Shown: piece after piece, positions 13,866 through 25,661 of the stretch
Layout: each line of letters opens with the position of its first letter
How positions within the stretch are numbered: position 1 is the first letter of the stretch
Assembly: GCF_006345805.1 (NCBI RefSeq)
Contig: NC_043008.1
Coordinates: 75,640,001-75,704,000 of the forward strand
Origin: Octopus sinensis
Taxonomy: Eukaryota
Direction of reading: 5' to 3'
Length of the DNA stretch: 64,000 nucleotides
Program-made: the position numbers and the translations under genes
Notes under the pieces: generated by a model
What the model was told of the DNA's origin: nothing
What the model saw: the letters and a program-made list of their open reading frames with translations, nothing else
The model's database searches: none

Positions 13866-14217
13866 GAACTCCTTATATATATATATGTATGTATAATGAG
13901 GTTTCTTGAGAGAATCGGGTACTTAAATGATATGCACCTGGAAGGGTTAGATTAACCTGTGGTCACCACTTATGGTGGATTAAATATCCAGTAGAATGTT
14001 CAGGTTATGTACACAGAGAAAGGCACCTCTACAAGTATTAAATGCCTAGTGTCCAAAACACACACTGCATTGCTCATACGTTGTTTTGCATACTCTAGGC
14101 TGTCCGACGTGTGGTGAACCCCTATGCTATATTATAAGCAAATATATAATAATAGACGTTGGATAAATGAACTGAAATTTATCCATCGCCTGTTATTATT
14201 CATTTGCGTGTAGGCAC

Positions 14218-14300
<83 letters not shown>

Positions 14301-15276
14301 ATATATGTATGCGTATATATATATATATATACATATATACACACACACTCACAAATATGTATACATTCCTACATGTGCCTGCATCTGTTTGTGCTCCTGT
14401 GTGTGCGTGTATGTGTATGTGTGTGTGTGTGTCTACGTAGGTGTATGTGCTATCTTTAAACACAGCGATAACTACTTTGTTAATATAACAGATATACCGT
14501 CTCGGAAAGGTATCAGACAGTGAAACTTGTAAAGATTCTCTCATTCTCTGTTGTGTGTAACGTTCTGCTATGTAATCTCTGATGTGTAGTATACTATAGA
14601 TATATGTTGGTCTAATATAACTAATATAACATGTATATACAAGTATGTTCGCAGATTGGGGGAAAAGAAGGAGAGAAGTGAAGGTGGACGTGAGAGAATT
14701 TTCAGATATTAAGAATGAAAATACGAACAAAAAGTCAGACGGCTTATGTCAAGAGATATAGAGATTAATCGACATATTACGTGGACATTGAAAAAAAAAG
14801 AGAATGCAAATGTAACATTTTATTTAGTTTTAGTCTTATAACGTTATAGTACGTCATATTTTTCTTTATACATGAAATATATTTATAAAAATTATTTATA
14901 TTATAACGGACAATAATATTCCTGTATGAGTGAGTATTGATTCATTAACTGATTTATGCATGACTGAATGCGTTTATATTGATTTAAAGCGTGCATGTGT
15001 GTACATTATGCTAATATGTTTATGCGATCACGGTATGTTTATTGGTTCAAGCAGTGGGAATATTTCAATGAATGTTACATACACCAATAACAGATACGAG
15101 CAGAGAAACACAAATATACATTAAATTTATATAAATATAGACATATATGCATACATATATATATATATACACGCACTCACACACGCATACATATGCGTCT
15201 GTGTTTGTGTGTGTCCATACATGTATACATATAGGGATATAAATGCATACATATATATATATATATGGGTTGTCAA

Positions 15277-15311
<35 letters not shown>

Positions 15312-15339
15312 AAGGATGAAAAGGAACACACGAGTTGAT

Positions 15340-15856
15340 ATATATGAAAAAACAAGTCAAGATAGAAAATCCTAAAATAATTTTATAAAGAACATTTCAG
15401 TACCGGTTTCAGTCATTTGAGACCTTTTCAACTGTAACAATTAAATAATTGAATTTAGAAAAATTAAAAGAAAAGTATTTTTAAAAGAATATTTGTATAA
15501 TATTCAAATATCAGTGGCATTTTCCTTGTTCCTGCCTTTCTCTGTCTTTCTTTTTTACACTTGGGGATTCGAGGTCGTTGTGAATTCTTGGTGGGGAGGA
15601 AGAAGAAGAAGGAGGAGGAGGAGGAGAAGGGGGGGATTTGGGAGTGCCTTGATTGTCGTATTTTGAGTGGCCAGTGGCGGGTTGCAGTTACTGTTTAATT
15701 CATGAGAATATTTCTATTGAAAGGTTTGTTTATAGAATTTACGTAGGTGTTATACTAAGTGATAAAGTTAGGAAGTAGAAAGGGGAGAAGAAGAAGAAAA
15801 AGGAGAAGAAAAAGAAGATGATGATGATGACGATGATGATGATGATAATGATGATA

Positions 15857-15888
<32 letters not shown>

Positions 15889-16310
15889 GAAGAAGAAGAA
15901 GAAGAAGAAGAAGAAGAAGAAGAAGAAGGGAGAATATGAATGAGTGAAAGTAGTGAGGTGTTGTATGACTTGAAAGTTGGCACGTTATGGGTCATAGCTG
16001 TGATTGGGGCTGGATTCTTAGGAATGTAATACTTGCGTGTGTATTTGTGTTATTCTGAAGCCGAGATGGATATATCGTTTGTCGTAGACCCGTTCAGAAG
16101 GGGCCTGTATTTTGTAATAAAGAGAGTTTCTTTACTTATTCGTTGGCTCGAGGTTCTATCGTCCCTGAATTGGTAGAGGGGAAAAATCCTGAAGTTTGAA
16201 GTTTTGTTGTTGGCGCAAATATCTATGTGTTGGCTGAATGGTATTTTTCTATTTTGGGGAATATTTATCTGGGATCTGTGCAGGGCCATTCTTTTACGTA
16301 TACTATCTTT
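15340..16310 (-). mobile_element. 3' fragment of a PLE (GIY-YIG C-half plus pseudo-LTR containing (TCT)n/(TCA)n)
   Basis: RKRMALHRSQINIPQNRKIPFSQHIDIC...FRIFPLYQF...RISKETLFITKYRPLLN matches the PLE endonuclease C-terminus. Confidence 0.8.
15398..15434 (-). ncRNA. hammerhead-like motif with U3-A8 core variant
   Basis: Minus strand: cag UUGAAAA gguc ucaaau gacu GAAA ccgg UA cug. Confidence 0.55.
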
Positions 16311-16514
16311 TGTTTATATATGAATATATGAATTATATATATATATGAGTTGTGAAATGGAGTCAAACGCATGTGTTATTGAAATCTTTATATTTCCAGT
16401 ATAGGTTGTTGCGAAGAATGTATTTCTATTATTCCGGTAGGAATAAAAATTATATATACGTAAATGACGTGAATGTCAAACAATGAAAATCAGTGCCCAA
16501 CACCGCATTGGTAG

Positions 16515-16544
<30 letters not shown>

Positions 16545-16545
<1 letters not shown>

Positions 16546-18803
16546 AGTAGACAAATGAATTATCTTATTACGGATAATTCCAAAGATAACCGATACCTGG
16601 GTAGCAAACTCACAACAGAAAAGGCACGGTTGAAGTTACGACCATAGGGCATAAACTCCGTGCCTTAGTGCAAAATTTAAAGTTTAATTTAACATATTAA
16701 GTATAGGAAAGAATGGAGCTGAACGAAGATTTAACAAAATTTCTTTATTTTATTTTCGACATATGTTTCGAAGTCTGCAAAATCCCTAATTCCGAATGAA
16801 TAAGGAGTCCATTATGCAGCTTTCTCTTCAGGAAAATCCAGGAACTTAATTCTCCAACAAAATGCACAACAGGTTTTTCGATGACTGCTCACGAGGAGCC
16901 CATAGAGATAATGATAAATAATGTCTATTTATAGGGGGTGACGCCAGACTGGTTGAAAGTAGGAGAAAATGTCAGTTAAAATAGTTCAAGGGTTCAATCA
17001 AGGTTGGAGAAGGAAGGTAAAGGAAAATTAAAGTGAGGGAATGTATTCTGTATGACTGGTGTTTATATTTGATTTATTTTATGAATGAGTGCTCGTATGT
17101 ATGAGTGTGTAAAATTGCCTTAATATGTGTGTGTCTGTGAATGCGTGAATGTGTGTGTGGAAGGCAGAGAGAAAGAATTAACGGTCAGGAGGTGAAAAGA
17201 CTGTATCTGTGTGTTCGAATGTGTCAACTTAAGAGGGAGAGGGCAGATGGAGGCCACAATAGTAATGACAAGAGACAAGGTTACTGCTGGAATTGGTAGT
17301 AGTTCTTAGCAATTATGAGAAAGTCTTATAAACTAAAGGGGTGAGATATCACATTTTAATTTTGTAGGAAATCCAGGGGTTATCTATATTAGACTTCAAT
17401 GGTATGAGTGAAAGGTATGCTTTTTCCAGTGTAGGCATCTGAAAGATCTCTCGACAATCGAGTTTATTAGTTGAGCTCGGGCAAACAGAATATGAAAGAG
17501 TTCGGAATTACAGAGGGCACAGATTTTTCTGCCCTTATCAAACGGTAAGGACACCGATAATATTGACCATTCCAGCTTAAAAGTTGAATTTGCGTTCTTC
17601 AAACGCCAGACTAATTTGCTTAGCCCCGTGGAGTGCTGGTTACTCTTATCACGGAACGTGGAAAAATTATTTGATATCCTTGTGGCTAAATTAGAGGAGG
17701 TTGCGCCAATATAGAGGTAGACATCGGGTCCAGCAGAAATTTTGCACTGGTAAGTGGTGTTTCTAATTTTGGAGTTATTTTATAAGAACCTTAATCTATT
17801 GGGATTAGTTTCCGATACAAATACAGCGTTCTTATTTCTATGGTGGTTGTAAAAATTACTGCTGGATTCGATACTATTCAACCTATTTTCATTACTATTT
17901 AAGGCAATATCACCTGCACATTCCCTGTTTCTGGGAATGCTGTGATTGTTATTGTCCGTAAAACTACTGTTGTTAAAACCGCTGCTACTATTATTGTTGA
18001 GTCCCCCTCCGTTAATGACCAGGCCAGTGCTCTTATCCTTATTACTATTACTAACGCCAATGCTGGTATGAAGGCTGCTAATATCTGTGCTATTTCTATT
18101 ATTATTATTACTACTATATGTTATGTTGGAATTTGACAGGGCGGTGTCTCTGCTCATGGGTGACGAGACCTTATTTAGCAGCTTATTGTTATGGGAGGCA
18201 ATTATCTGTGAGAGATTTTTAGTATTTGAGAAAGCAATCCTTAATTTGTGCGAATTTATAGTGGAGTAATATCTCGAATTTCTGGGAAAATTCCTGGCAA
18301 TGGCTTGGCGAAACTGTAAAGGGAGGTTAGATCCGATTTGTTTTCCGAAGGGAATCACAAACCAGATATAGTTTTTTCTGTTCTTGTACTGGCTCGGAGT
18401 GTTAACTCTTACATTAAGGGGGGCATCTCTGTGTTGAAGAATGGGTTTTGGCCTACGATGGTCTCCCTTGGACCGCAAATTATTTATGTTAGCTATATTT
18501 GTGTCGACATTCCTAGAGCTACCATCACTACTTATATTATTTATATTATTGTAAGTTGACTTATCCTGATAAGCAAAAACTGGTTTCGGAAGGGCCGGGT
18601 CTATATATGCTACCTTTTCCCTATAACCGGCTTTCGACAGGGCGGCATTATAGAATTCCCCTTTCTGCTTAAAAATGTCGACGTTGGCAGATAAATTTGA
18701 TAATCTTAAAGAAATATTTTTAACTAAATTATCTGTGATAGTTTTTGCGTGGTTAGAGAAAACACTGACATATTTTAGGTTTGTGGAAGGTTTATGGTAG
18801 GGG
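16545..18803 (-). mobile_element. Penelope-like element, 5'-truncated (thumb, Asn/Ser-rich linker, GIY-YIG, pseudo-LTR with HHR)
   Basis: PYHKPSTNLKYVSVFSNH...RLSNLSAN...FYNAALSKAGY (PLE thumb). Then TTYQCKI...YLYIGAT...R...LSKLVWRLK...LEWSIL...CALCNSE...LINS..E...CLH (GIY-YIG). The 3' end abuts (TA)n. Confidence 0.9.
16753..16836 (-). ncRNA. type I hammerhead ribozyme in PLE pseudo-LTR
   Basis: uuuuc CUGAAGA gaa ag cugca...ugcag ac uuc GAAA cauaug UC gaaaa. Confidence 0.75.
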
Positions 18804-20304
18804 CAGATAATTGCCTCCCATAACAATAAGCTGCTAAATAAGGTCTCGTCACCCATGAGCAGAGACACCGCCCTGTCAAATTCCAACATAACATATAGTA
18901 GTAATAATAATAATAGAAATAGCACAGATATTAGCAGCCTTCATACCAGCATTGGCGTTAGTAATAGTAATAAGGATAAGAGCACTGGCCTGGTCATTAA
19001 CGGAGGGGATCTCAACAATAATAGTAGCAGCGGTTTTAACAACAGTAGTTTTACGGACTATAACAATCACAGCATTCCCAGAAACAGGGAATGTGCAGGT
19101 GATATTGCCTTAAATAGTAATGAAAATAGGTTGAATAGTATCGAATCCAGCAGTAATTTTTACAACCACCATAGAAATAAGAACGCTGTATTTGTATCGG
19201 AAACTAATCCCAATAGATTAAGATTCTTATGAAATAACTCCAAAATTAGAAACACCACTTACCAGTGCAAAATTTCTGCTGGACCCGATGTCTACCTCTA
19301 TATTGGCGCAACCTCCTCTAATTTAGCCACAAGGATATCAAATAATTTTTCCACGTTCCGTGATAAGAGTAACCAGCACTCCACGGGGCTAAGCAAATTA
19401 GTCTGGCGTTTGAAGAACGCAAATTCAACTTTTAAGCTGGAATGGTCAATATTATCGGTGTCCTTACCGTTTGATAAGGGCAGAAAAATCTGTGCCCTCT
19501 GTAATTCCGAACTCTTTCATATTCTGTTTGCCCGAGCTCAACTAATAAACTCGATTGTCGAGAGATCTTTCAGATGCCTACACTGGAAAAAGCATACCTT
19601 TCACTCATACCATTGAAGTCTAATATAGATAACCCCTGGATTTCCTACAAAATTAAAATGTGATATCTCACCCCTTTAGTTTATAAGACTTTCTCATAAT
19701 TGCTAAGAACTACTACCAATTCCAGCAGTAACCTTGTCTCTTGTCATTACTATTGTGGCCTCCATCTGCCCTCTCCCTCTTAAGTTGACACATTCGAACA
19801 CACAGACACAGTCTTTTCACCTCCTGACCGTTAATTCTTTCTCTCTGCCTTCCACACACACATTCACGCATTCACAGACACACACATATTAAGGCAATTT
19901 TACACACTCATACATACGAGCACTCATTCATAAAATAAATCAAATATAAACACCAGTCATACAGAATACATTCCCTCACTTTAATTTTCCTTTACCTTCC
20001 TTCTCCAACCTTGATTGAACCCTTGAACTATTTAACTGACATTTTCTCCTACTTTCAACCAGTCTGGCGTCACCCCCTATAAATAAACGTTATTTATCAT
20101 TATCTCTATGGGCTCTTCGTGAGCAGTCATCGAAAAACCTGTTGTGCATTTTGTTGGAGAATTAAGTTCCTGGATTTTCCTGAAGAGAAAGCTGCATAAT
20201 GGACTCCTTATTCCTTAGGAATTAGGGATTTTGTAGACTTCGAAACATATGTCGAAAATAAAGGAATTTTGTTAAATCTTCGTTCAGCTCCATTCTTTCC
20301 TATA

Positions 20305-20308
<4 letters not shown>
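18804..20308 (+). mobile_element. inverted 3' copy of the same PLE (arm of a 1.5-kb inverted repeat)
   Basis: Reverse complement of 16698-18208 with only scattered substitutions; ends in (TA)n. Confidence 0.9.
20175..20258 (+). ncRNA. type I hammerhead ribozyme in PLE pseudo-LTR
   Basis: ttttc CTGAAGA gaa ag ctgca...tgtag ac ttc GAAA catatg TC gaaaa. Confidence 0.75.
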
Positions 20309-20394
<86 letters not shown>

Positions 20395-20412
20395 GCTGAG
20401 TGCGTGTGTATA

Positions 20413-20900
20413 CAGCGTGTTCGGGATAAACTTGACAGTTTGCATGAAAGAAGAAAACAATATCCTATCCATAAATATATTATGCTTTACTCAAAGTAAC
20501 CGCCCTCATCTTCCACCTGGGCCTTACGACGTGTCCCTGGGAAGATCTTCAAAATGCTCCTTATTCTTGGCCACAAGTCAAGCCTTGTATTGTAAACCGC
20601 ATTCTACAAATAATAAATCATGGATTTTTATTCGGGGTAATTAGGAAGCCAGAAATTAGGGGTGGTGAGGCCTTCCAGCAGCATTCGTTTGCTACTAACG
20701 TGTGACATGAGTCTCCATCACTTTCACACAAACATCTGAATTGGGTTTAAGGCCGCTTTCAAAGATGTAGGATTGCATGATATCCTTCTTGCTACAAACA
20801 CATCAAAAGACAATCATAGTTTGGGGAAATGTGATGTCTTTGTCCATTACATCCATGATGTCTTTGTCTTGTTTTATAGACTTTTAAAAATCATTTGTCG
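20413..20900 (-). mobile_element. Tc1/mariner transposase 3' remnant with terminal repeat
   Basis: TA|cagcgtgttcgggataaa terminus. Minus frames give WLPNYPE (WPPxSPDL-like) and RRKAQVEDEGGYFE (the EGGYxE C-terminus typical of mariner/maT). Confidence 0.6.
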
Positions 20901-21162
20901 GAGATATATTAATTAGACAAGAACCCATGAGTTTGAAACGTTGAACATGGAAATCGCTTACATAAAAATGCACACTACAGAGAAAATAAATACTATGTGT
21001 TGTCTTCTTTCCGAGAGGTTAGTGACAATGTATTCTAAATAACTTTTTCTAAATACTTGATAACTTCAATATATATTTCTCTCCCTCCTTTTCTCTCTTT
21101 CTCTCTCTTTCTTTCTCTCTCTCTCTCTGTCTATCTCTCTCTTTATTTATATATATATATAT

Positions 21163-21223
<61 letters not shown>

Positions 21224-21579
21224 TAAGAAAAAGGGACGAAGAGAATTTCGATTATTCCCACGTGGTGTGTTGTGAGGCAAAAACAAAAGAAGGAAAATGC
21301 ACATATTTTACATAATTTTCACATATTTTGTAATATATTTTATAAGGGAAAAAAGTGTACTGTGTTTGTCGACCGGTTTCGTCTTTTCTTAAGAAAATTA
21401 ATGTGAATGAAAGAAATTAACAGGTAATAAAATCTAACGTGATGTAATTTGGTGTTCGTTGTTATTCAAGATGGGAGAGATGATATTTCACTTTGGGGGA
21501 GGGGTAAATAAATATACAAAAAATCGAAAGATAAAGTAGTGAGAGGAAATATTGAGAGAGATGTGTATGTGAACATGTC

Positions 21580-24050
21580 GTGAAATCCTGAGACCCCTGT
21601 GGTATAGCAAGTGAACTCTCCTAAACATTGCCAAGTCCGGATGAAATTTTTGCGAAATTCAATGAAGGAACATTTTTAAAAGTTGACTTGTCGGAGTTAA
21701 CGATAAATGCCCATAAAGGTTTATATAAATTAAATTGACTTCCTTTAGGGATAAAGTTGGCACCTATTATTTTCCGACAGGTGATGAACACTATGCTTGT
21801 AGATAGTGATTTTGCTTACTTGGATGTCATAGTCATAAAACGTGAGTCATGATGACAGCATGAGAAATACGTTAAAAAGGTCTTTGAAAGAATAAAGGAA
21901 TATAAATTTAAACTGAGCGACGAAAAAAGGCAATTTTTCATTCCAGATATAAAGTATCTAGGGCGCGTTATCGATAAAAATAATTGCAGACCAGATCCTT
22001 CAAAAGCGACTGCAATAAAAATATGCCTGCCCGGAAAAATATTATAACGTTACAAGCGTTCTTGGGGCTCGCACACAATTACGAAATATATATACCGAGT
22101 ATACACAATATAAGAGTACCCCTAATCAGCCTATTGAAAAGAGAGGTTAAATGGTTTTGATCATACAGGTGCCAAAAAGCGTTCGAAGAAATTTTAAAAT
22201 GTTTTAACATCAGAACTGTCATTATCGCACTTTGATCCAAATTTAAACCTAGTAGTAGCATCAGATGCTAGCGAAATTGGTATAAGAGCGGTAATTTCTC
22301 ACAAGTATCAAAATAGTAGCCTAAAAGCCATCGGTTATACTTCACGTTCATTGTTGGCGGCTGAAAAAAACAAACTACTGCAAAATTGAGGAGGATGCAT
22401 TACCTATTATTTTTGCGGTGAAAAAATTTCACAAATTCATACATTCAAGAAATTCAGTCTGCATACAGATAACCGCCCATTGTTGTCAATTTACGGATCG
22501 AAAAAGGGTATCCCCGCACACACAGCCAACGGATTGCAGCGGTGAGGAACGATCCTGTTAAATTATGGTTTTAAGATGGAATTTCTACCATCGGAAAAAC
22601 TGGAACGTGCGGATGGGTTGTCAAGATTGATACCTAAATACAATGAACCGTTAGAGGACACAGTAATAGCGGCATTAAAAGCTGATATCGAAATAAAATA
22701 TATATATATACTCTGCAATGTTGTACGCTAACTACCAATCATTTTAGAGAAAATATATATTCATATATAAAGCAGAGAAATGAAAAAATAGTGATGTCAG
22801 AAACAAATATAATAAATCATGTAGCCGAGCGTAACACTGTTTCGAAATGGGATTCGATATGTGATGACATACTTATGTACACTCAAAGGGATGTAATACC
22901 TGTTTCTTTGCAAAATCGTATGCTAAAAGAGTTCCACATGGGACATCAAGGAATCGCGGGAATGAAAGCACTAATGAAGGGCTACGTTTACTGGTCAAAT
23001 ATGGATCAGGATATTGAAAAATTAGTGAAAGCGTGCAGGGGTTGTGCCTTGGCAGCAAACGCACTACTTATAAAAATTCAGCCTTGGCCCAATACTGACA
23101 TACCTTGATCCGGATTACACATAGACTTCGCAGGACCGTTAAATGGAAGGTATTATCTAATAGTTGTGGATAATTACACGAAAGGGCCGGAAACATGTAA
23201 ATGTAGGAAGCCAACTTACAAAGTAACAACAGAATTTCTGGACGAAATTTTTTGCGATATGGCGTCCCAGACACTAAAGTATCTGATAACAAAACAGAGT
23301 TTACATCGAAGGAATTTGAAAACTTTTGGAAAATGCATGCAATAGATCATATTACTACTCTGCCATACCATCCAAGATCGAATAGAGTAGCGGAACGTTT
23401 GTAGACACGATTAAGCGGGGTCTGAAAAAATCTAGGAACGAGTTACAAACTCCCACACCATTTCAAGCATGTCGCCATCTGAAATAATGTTTACCAGGAA
23501 AGTCAGGTCAGTATTTAAGAAATTACTACCGAAAAGAAGAGAACAAAATATAGAGAAACACCGAAAATAAAATAAAATACTTCAAAATCGGTGACAAGGT
23601 GATTTTTTAAAAATATTCAGGGAAGGAAAGTTGGGAAGAAAGTATAATAAGTATATGTTTAGGAAAGATGACGTACATGGTAAAAGGTCAATATGTGGGA
23701 ACACAAAAGGTTTACGGAAAAAAAGTTTACGGAAGAAAGACTAAAATACGGAGAACCAATGGAATTTCCTTAAGACAGTTTTTACATCCCGGTACCTCAA
23801 GAAATAGTCGAACCAAGGAGTACATCGACTACGTAAAAAAAAAAAATGAACTTTTGCAGGTAGAGCCAAACCGAAAAATATTCCAATTTCTGCCAGGAGA
23901 ATTAAGTGAAAAAAAGAAAAAGGTGGGGAGAGGTGATAAGAAATACATAATAAATAAAAGCAAAATATTGACTTTCACGGAAAATCAGACACAAAAGGAA
24001 AAGATGTTGAGGTGAAATCCTGACACCCCTGTGAAGGCAGTGGTAGAAGT
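21580..24050 (+). mobile_element. degenerate Ty3/Gypsy (Mag-like) LTR retrotransposon: RT, RNase H, integrase
   Basis: LPSPDEIFAKF...IKYLGRVID...RPDP (RT); VVASDASEIG...TDNRPLLSIYGSKKGIP...ADGLSRL (RNase H); FHMGHQGIAGMKALMKGYVYWSNMDQDIEKLVKACRGC (integrase zinc finger); LHIDFAGP...VSDNKTEFTS...PYHPRSN (rve). Purine tract then an LTR-like start near 24005. Confidence 0.9.
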
Positions 24051-24189
24051 CATTGAGAAGAGATATAAGGTTGTTACTTGTTTGTTACTGATTTAGTTTT
24101 CGTAGTGTTATGACACTGTTACAGTGTAGTCTATATCAAACTCAAGGATATAATAAAAGTTGAAATAAAATATATACTGAAATCAAAGT

Positions 24190-24705
24190 TGGTTATGCGT
24201 TCATATTTAAGCGTGTTCTGTATTTTTCGATAAATAACTTTTCTTTATTTAAACGTTCTTCTGCATAACTTGTTTCTTTGCATTGGTACATGGAAAAACT
24301 GTGAAGTTTGGTTGGATATTACCAGCGTATCTCTCTATGAGTTCTCCCGAAGGAACCTGCCTGTACTGTTCCTTGTGTAGTGCGGTTCACCGTCAAAGTG
24401 CCATACGTCTCTGTCCTATGTAGCTATGTCCACAACGTGAATATGTTATAAAATATATTATATTCTCGGAGGCACAAGGGAACTTGCTTTTAACTGTGAA
24501 CCTCTCCCTTTGTTTGAATAGGAATTCCGAGCCCTCGTGCAGGCTGAGGCACGTTCTACAGTTTGGATGACCAATTAAGTTAAGTATTGGTTTCGTAGTT
24601 GTGTAAAGCTTCGCATTTGTCAGAAGTCTTTTCAACGAACTACGTTGCTTTTCATTTGATAAATTTATGTGTTTTCAGAATGTTGTTCATTTTTGGATCC
24701 CCAGC
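24190..24705 (-). mobile_element. PLE GIY-YIG fragment
   Basis: GHPNCRTCLSLHEGSEFLFK...KSKFPCASENIIYFITYSRCGHSYIGQ, then ERLNKEKLFIEKYRTRLN. Confidence 0.8.
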
Positions 24706-25090
24706 GAGCATAGGGAAATTTTATACGATATTGTTGTGTGATTCATTGTTTAACCAAATTGTAACTGACATTCATCATAAGCCAATGGACTTCAAACAAT
24801 ATTTTCTGTTTAGCTCATGTCACTCAATACACATCAAAATGAAAATCCCCTTTAAATTAGCCAAAATATTTGTACAATAGTGTCTGATGGAAATATCCGT
24901 GACTTCCGTCTTCAGACCTCAGAATTACACTGTGAGACAATGTGCACCCTCACTTACAGACGATGAAATTAAGCCAAGAAGTTAGGCATTAAAACAGCTA
25001 GGCAAACAACACGTAATACCACACCACATCTCAAGACACTAACATGTCTATCAACGCACATCCCTGAAAACAATGAGGCATGTACAAAAA
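24706..25090 (+). mobile_element. PLE thumb fragment, inverted relative to the adjacent endonuclease fragment
   Basis: IVTDIHHKPMDFKQYFLFSSCHSIHIKMKIPFKLAK matches the PLE motif TDxxxKPTDxxxYLxxxSxHP...IPxxLA. Confidence 0.75.
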
Positions 25091-25099
25091 GTCAAAAAC

Positions 25100-25142
<43 letters not shown>

Positions 25143-25159
25143 TATGATGATGATGATGA

Positions 25160-25590
25160 TATTAGATTTACCCAAAACCACTGCGAGTCGTGGCGATACG
25201 ATCAGGTAACGAAAGTGCTACATTAGAAACTGTAGAAAGTGGGGACAAAGGAGATGCAACACGTGGTATGAGAACAAACCACAGAGTGGTGGAGTCGGAC
25301 TCTAACGAAATCCTCTGTGTTTTCCCAATCCAAATAGGTCAGTTGTTAGAGCATAACAGACCGGACCTAGTAGTGGTGGTGGACAAGATGCACCACATAT
25401 GCTATATAGTTGATATTGGAATAGATTGCCCAGTAGAACTGTTACAAAAGTGTGCCGCCTTGGTGCGACTAGAATAATCAGGAAAGTATCAGATAGCTGT
25501 TTATCTTGATATAAGATCACCATGTCGCGCACATGATGGGTATACTGGGTTTCGTATATTTTATCCCAGCGACACTTTATTGACACTCAT
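25160..25590 (+). mobile_element. R4/Dong-like LINE RLE fragment plus 3' end, between (TAA)n tracts
   Basis: VFPIQIGQLLEHNRPDLVVVVDKMHHICYIVDIG matches the RLE motif (WDFxIQTD..HNRPD). The 3' part matches the tail of the 25661-26216 element. Confidence 0.65.
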
Positions 25591-25623
25591 AATAATAATA
25601 ATAATATAATAATAATAATAATA

Positions 25624-25660
<37 letters not shown>

Positions 25661-25661
<1 letters not shown>

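Larger units (their letters stand above)
12971..13874 (-). mobile_element. non-coding tandem unit (about 1.6 copies, period 557-559 nt) with two hammerhead ribozymes; retrozyme-like or PLE pseudo-LTR tandem
   Basis: 12971-13313 is repeated almost identically at 13528-13874; flanked by (TA)n on both sides; no RT or endonuclease motif in the 214-nt spacer. Confidence 0.75.

Noticed and set aside
17780-18925. 381-aa ORF as an intact protein with a hydrophobic N-terminus
   Set aside because: The first 41 aa are the antisense of the inverted arm; the ORF is a junction chimera of a truncated PLE.
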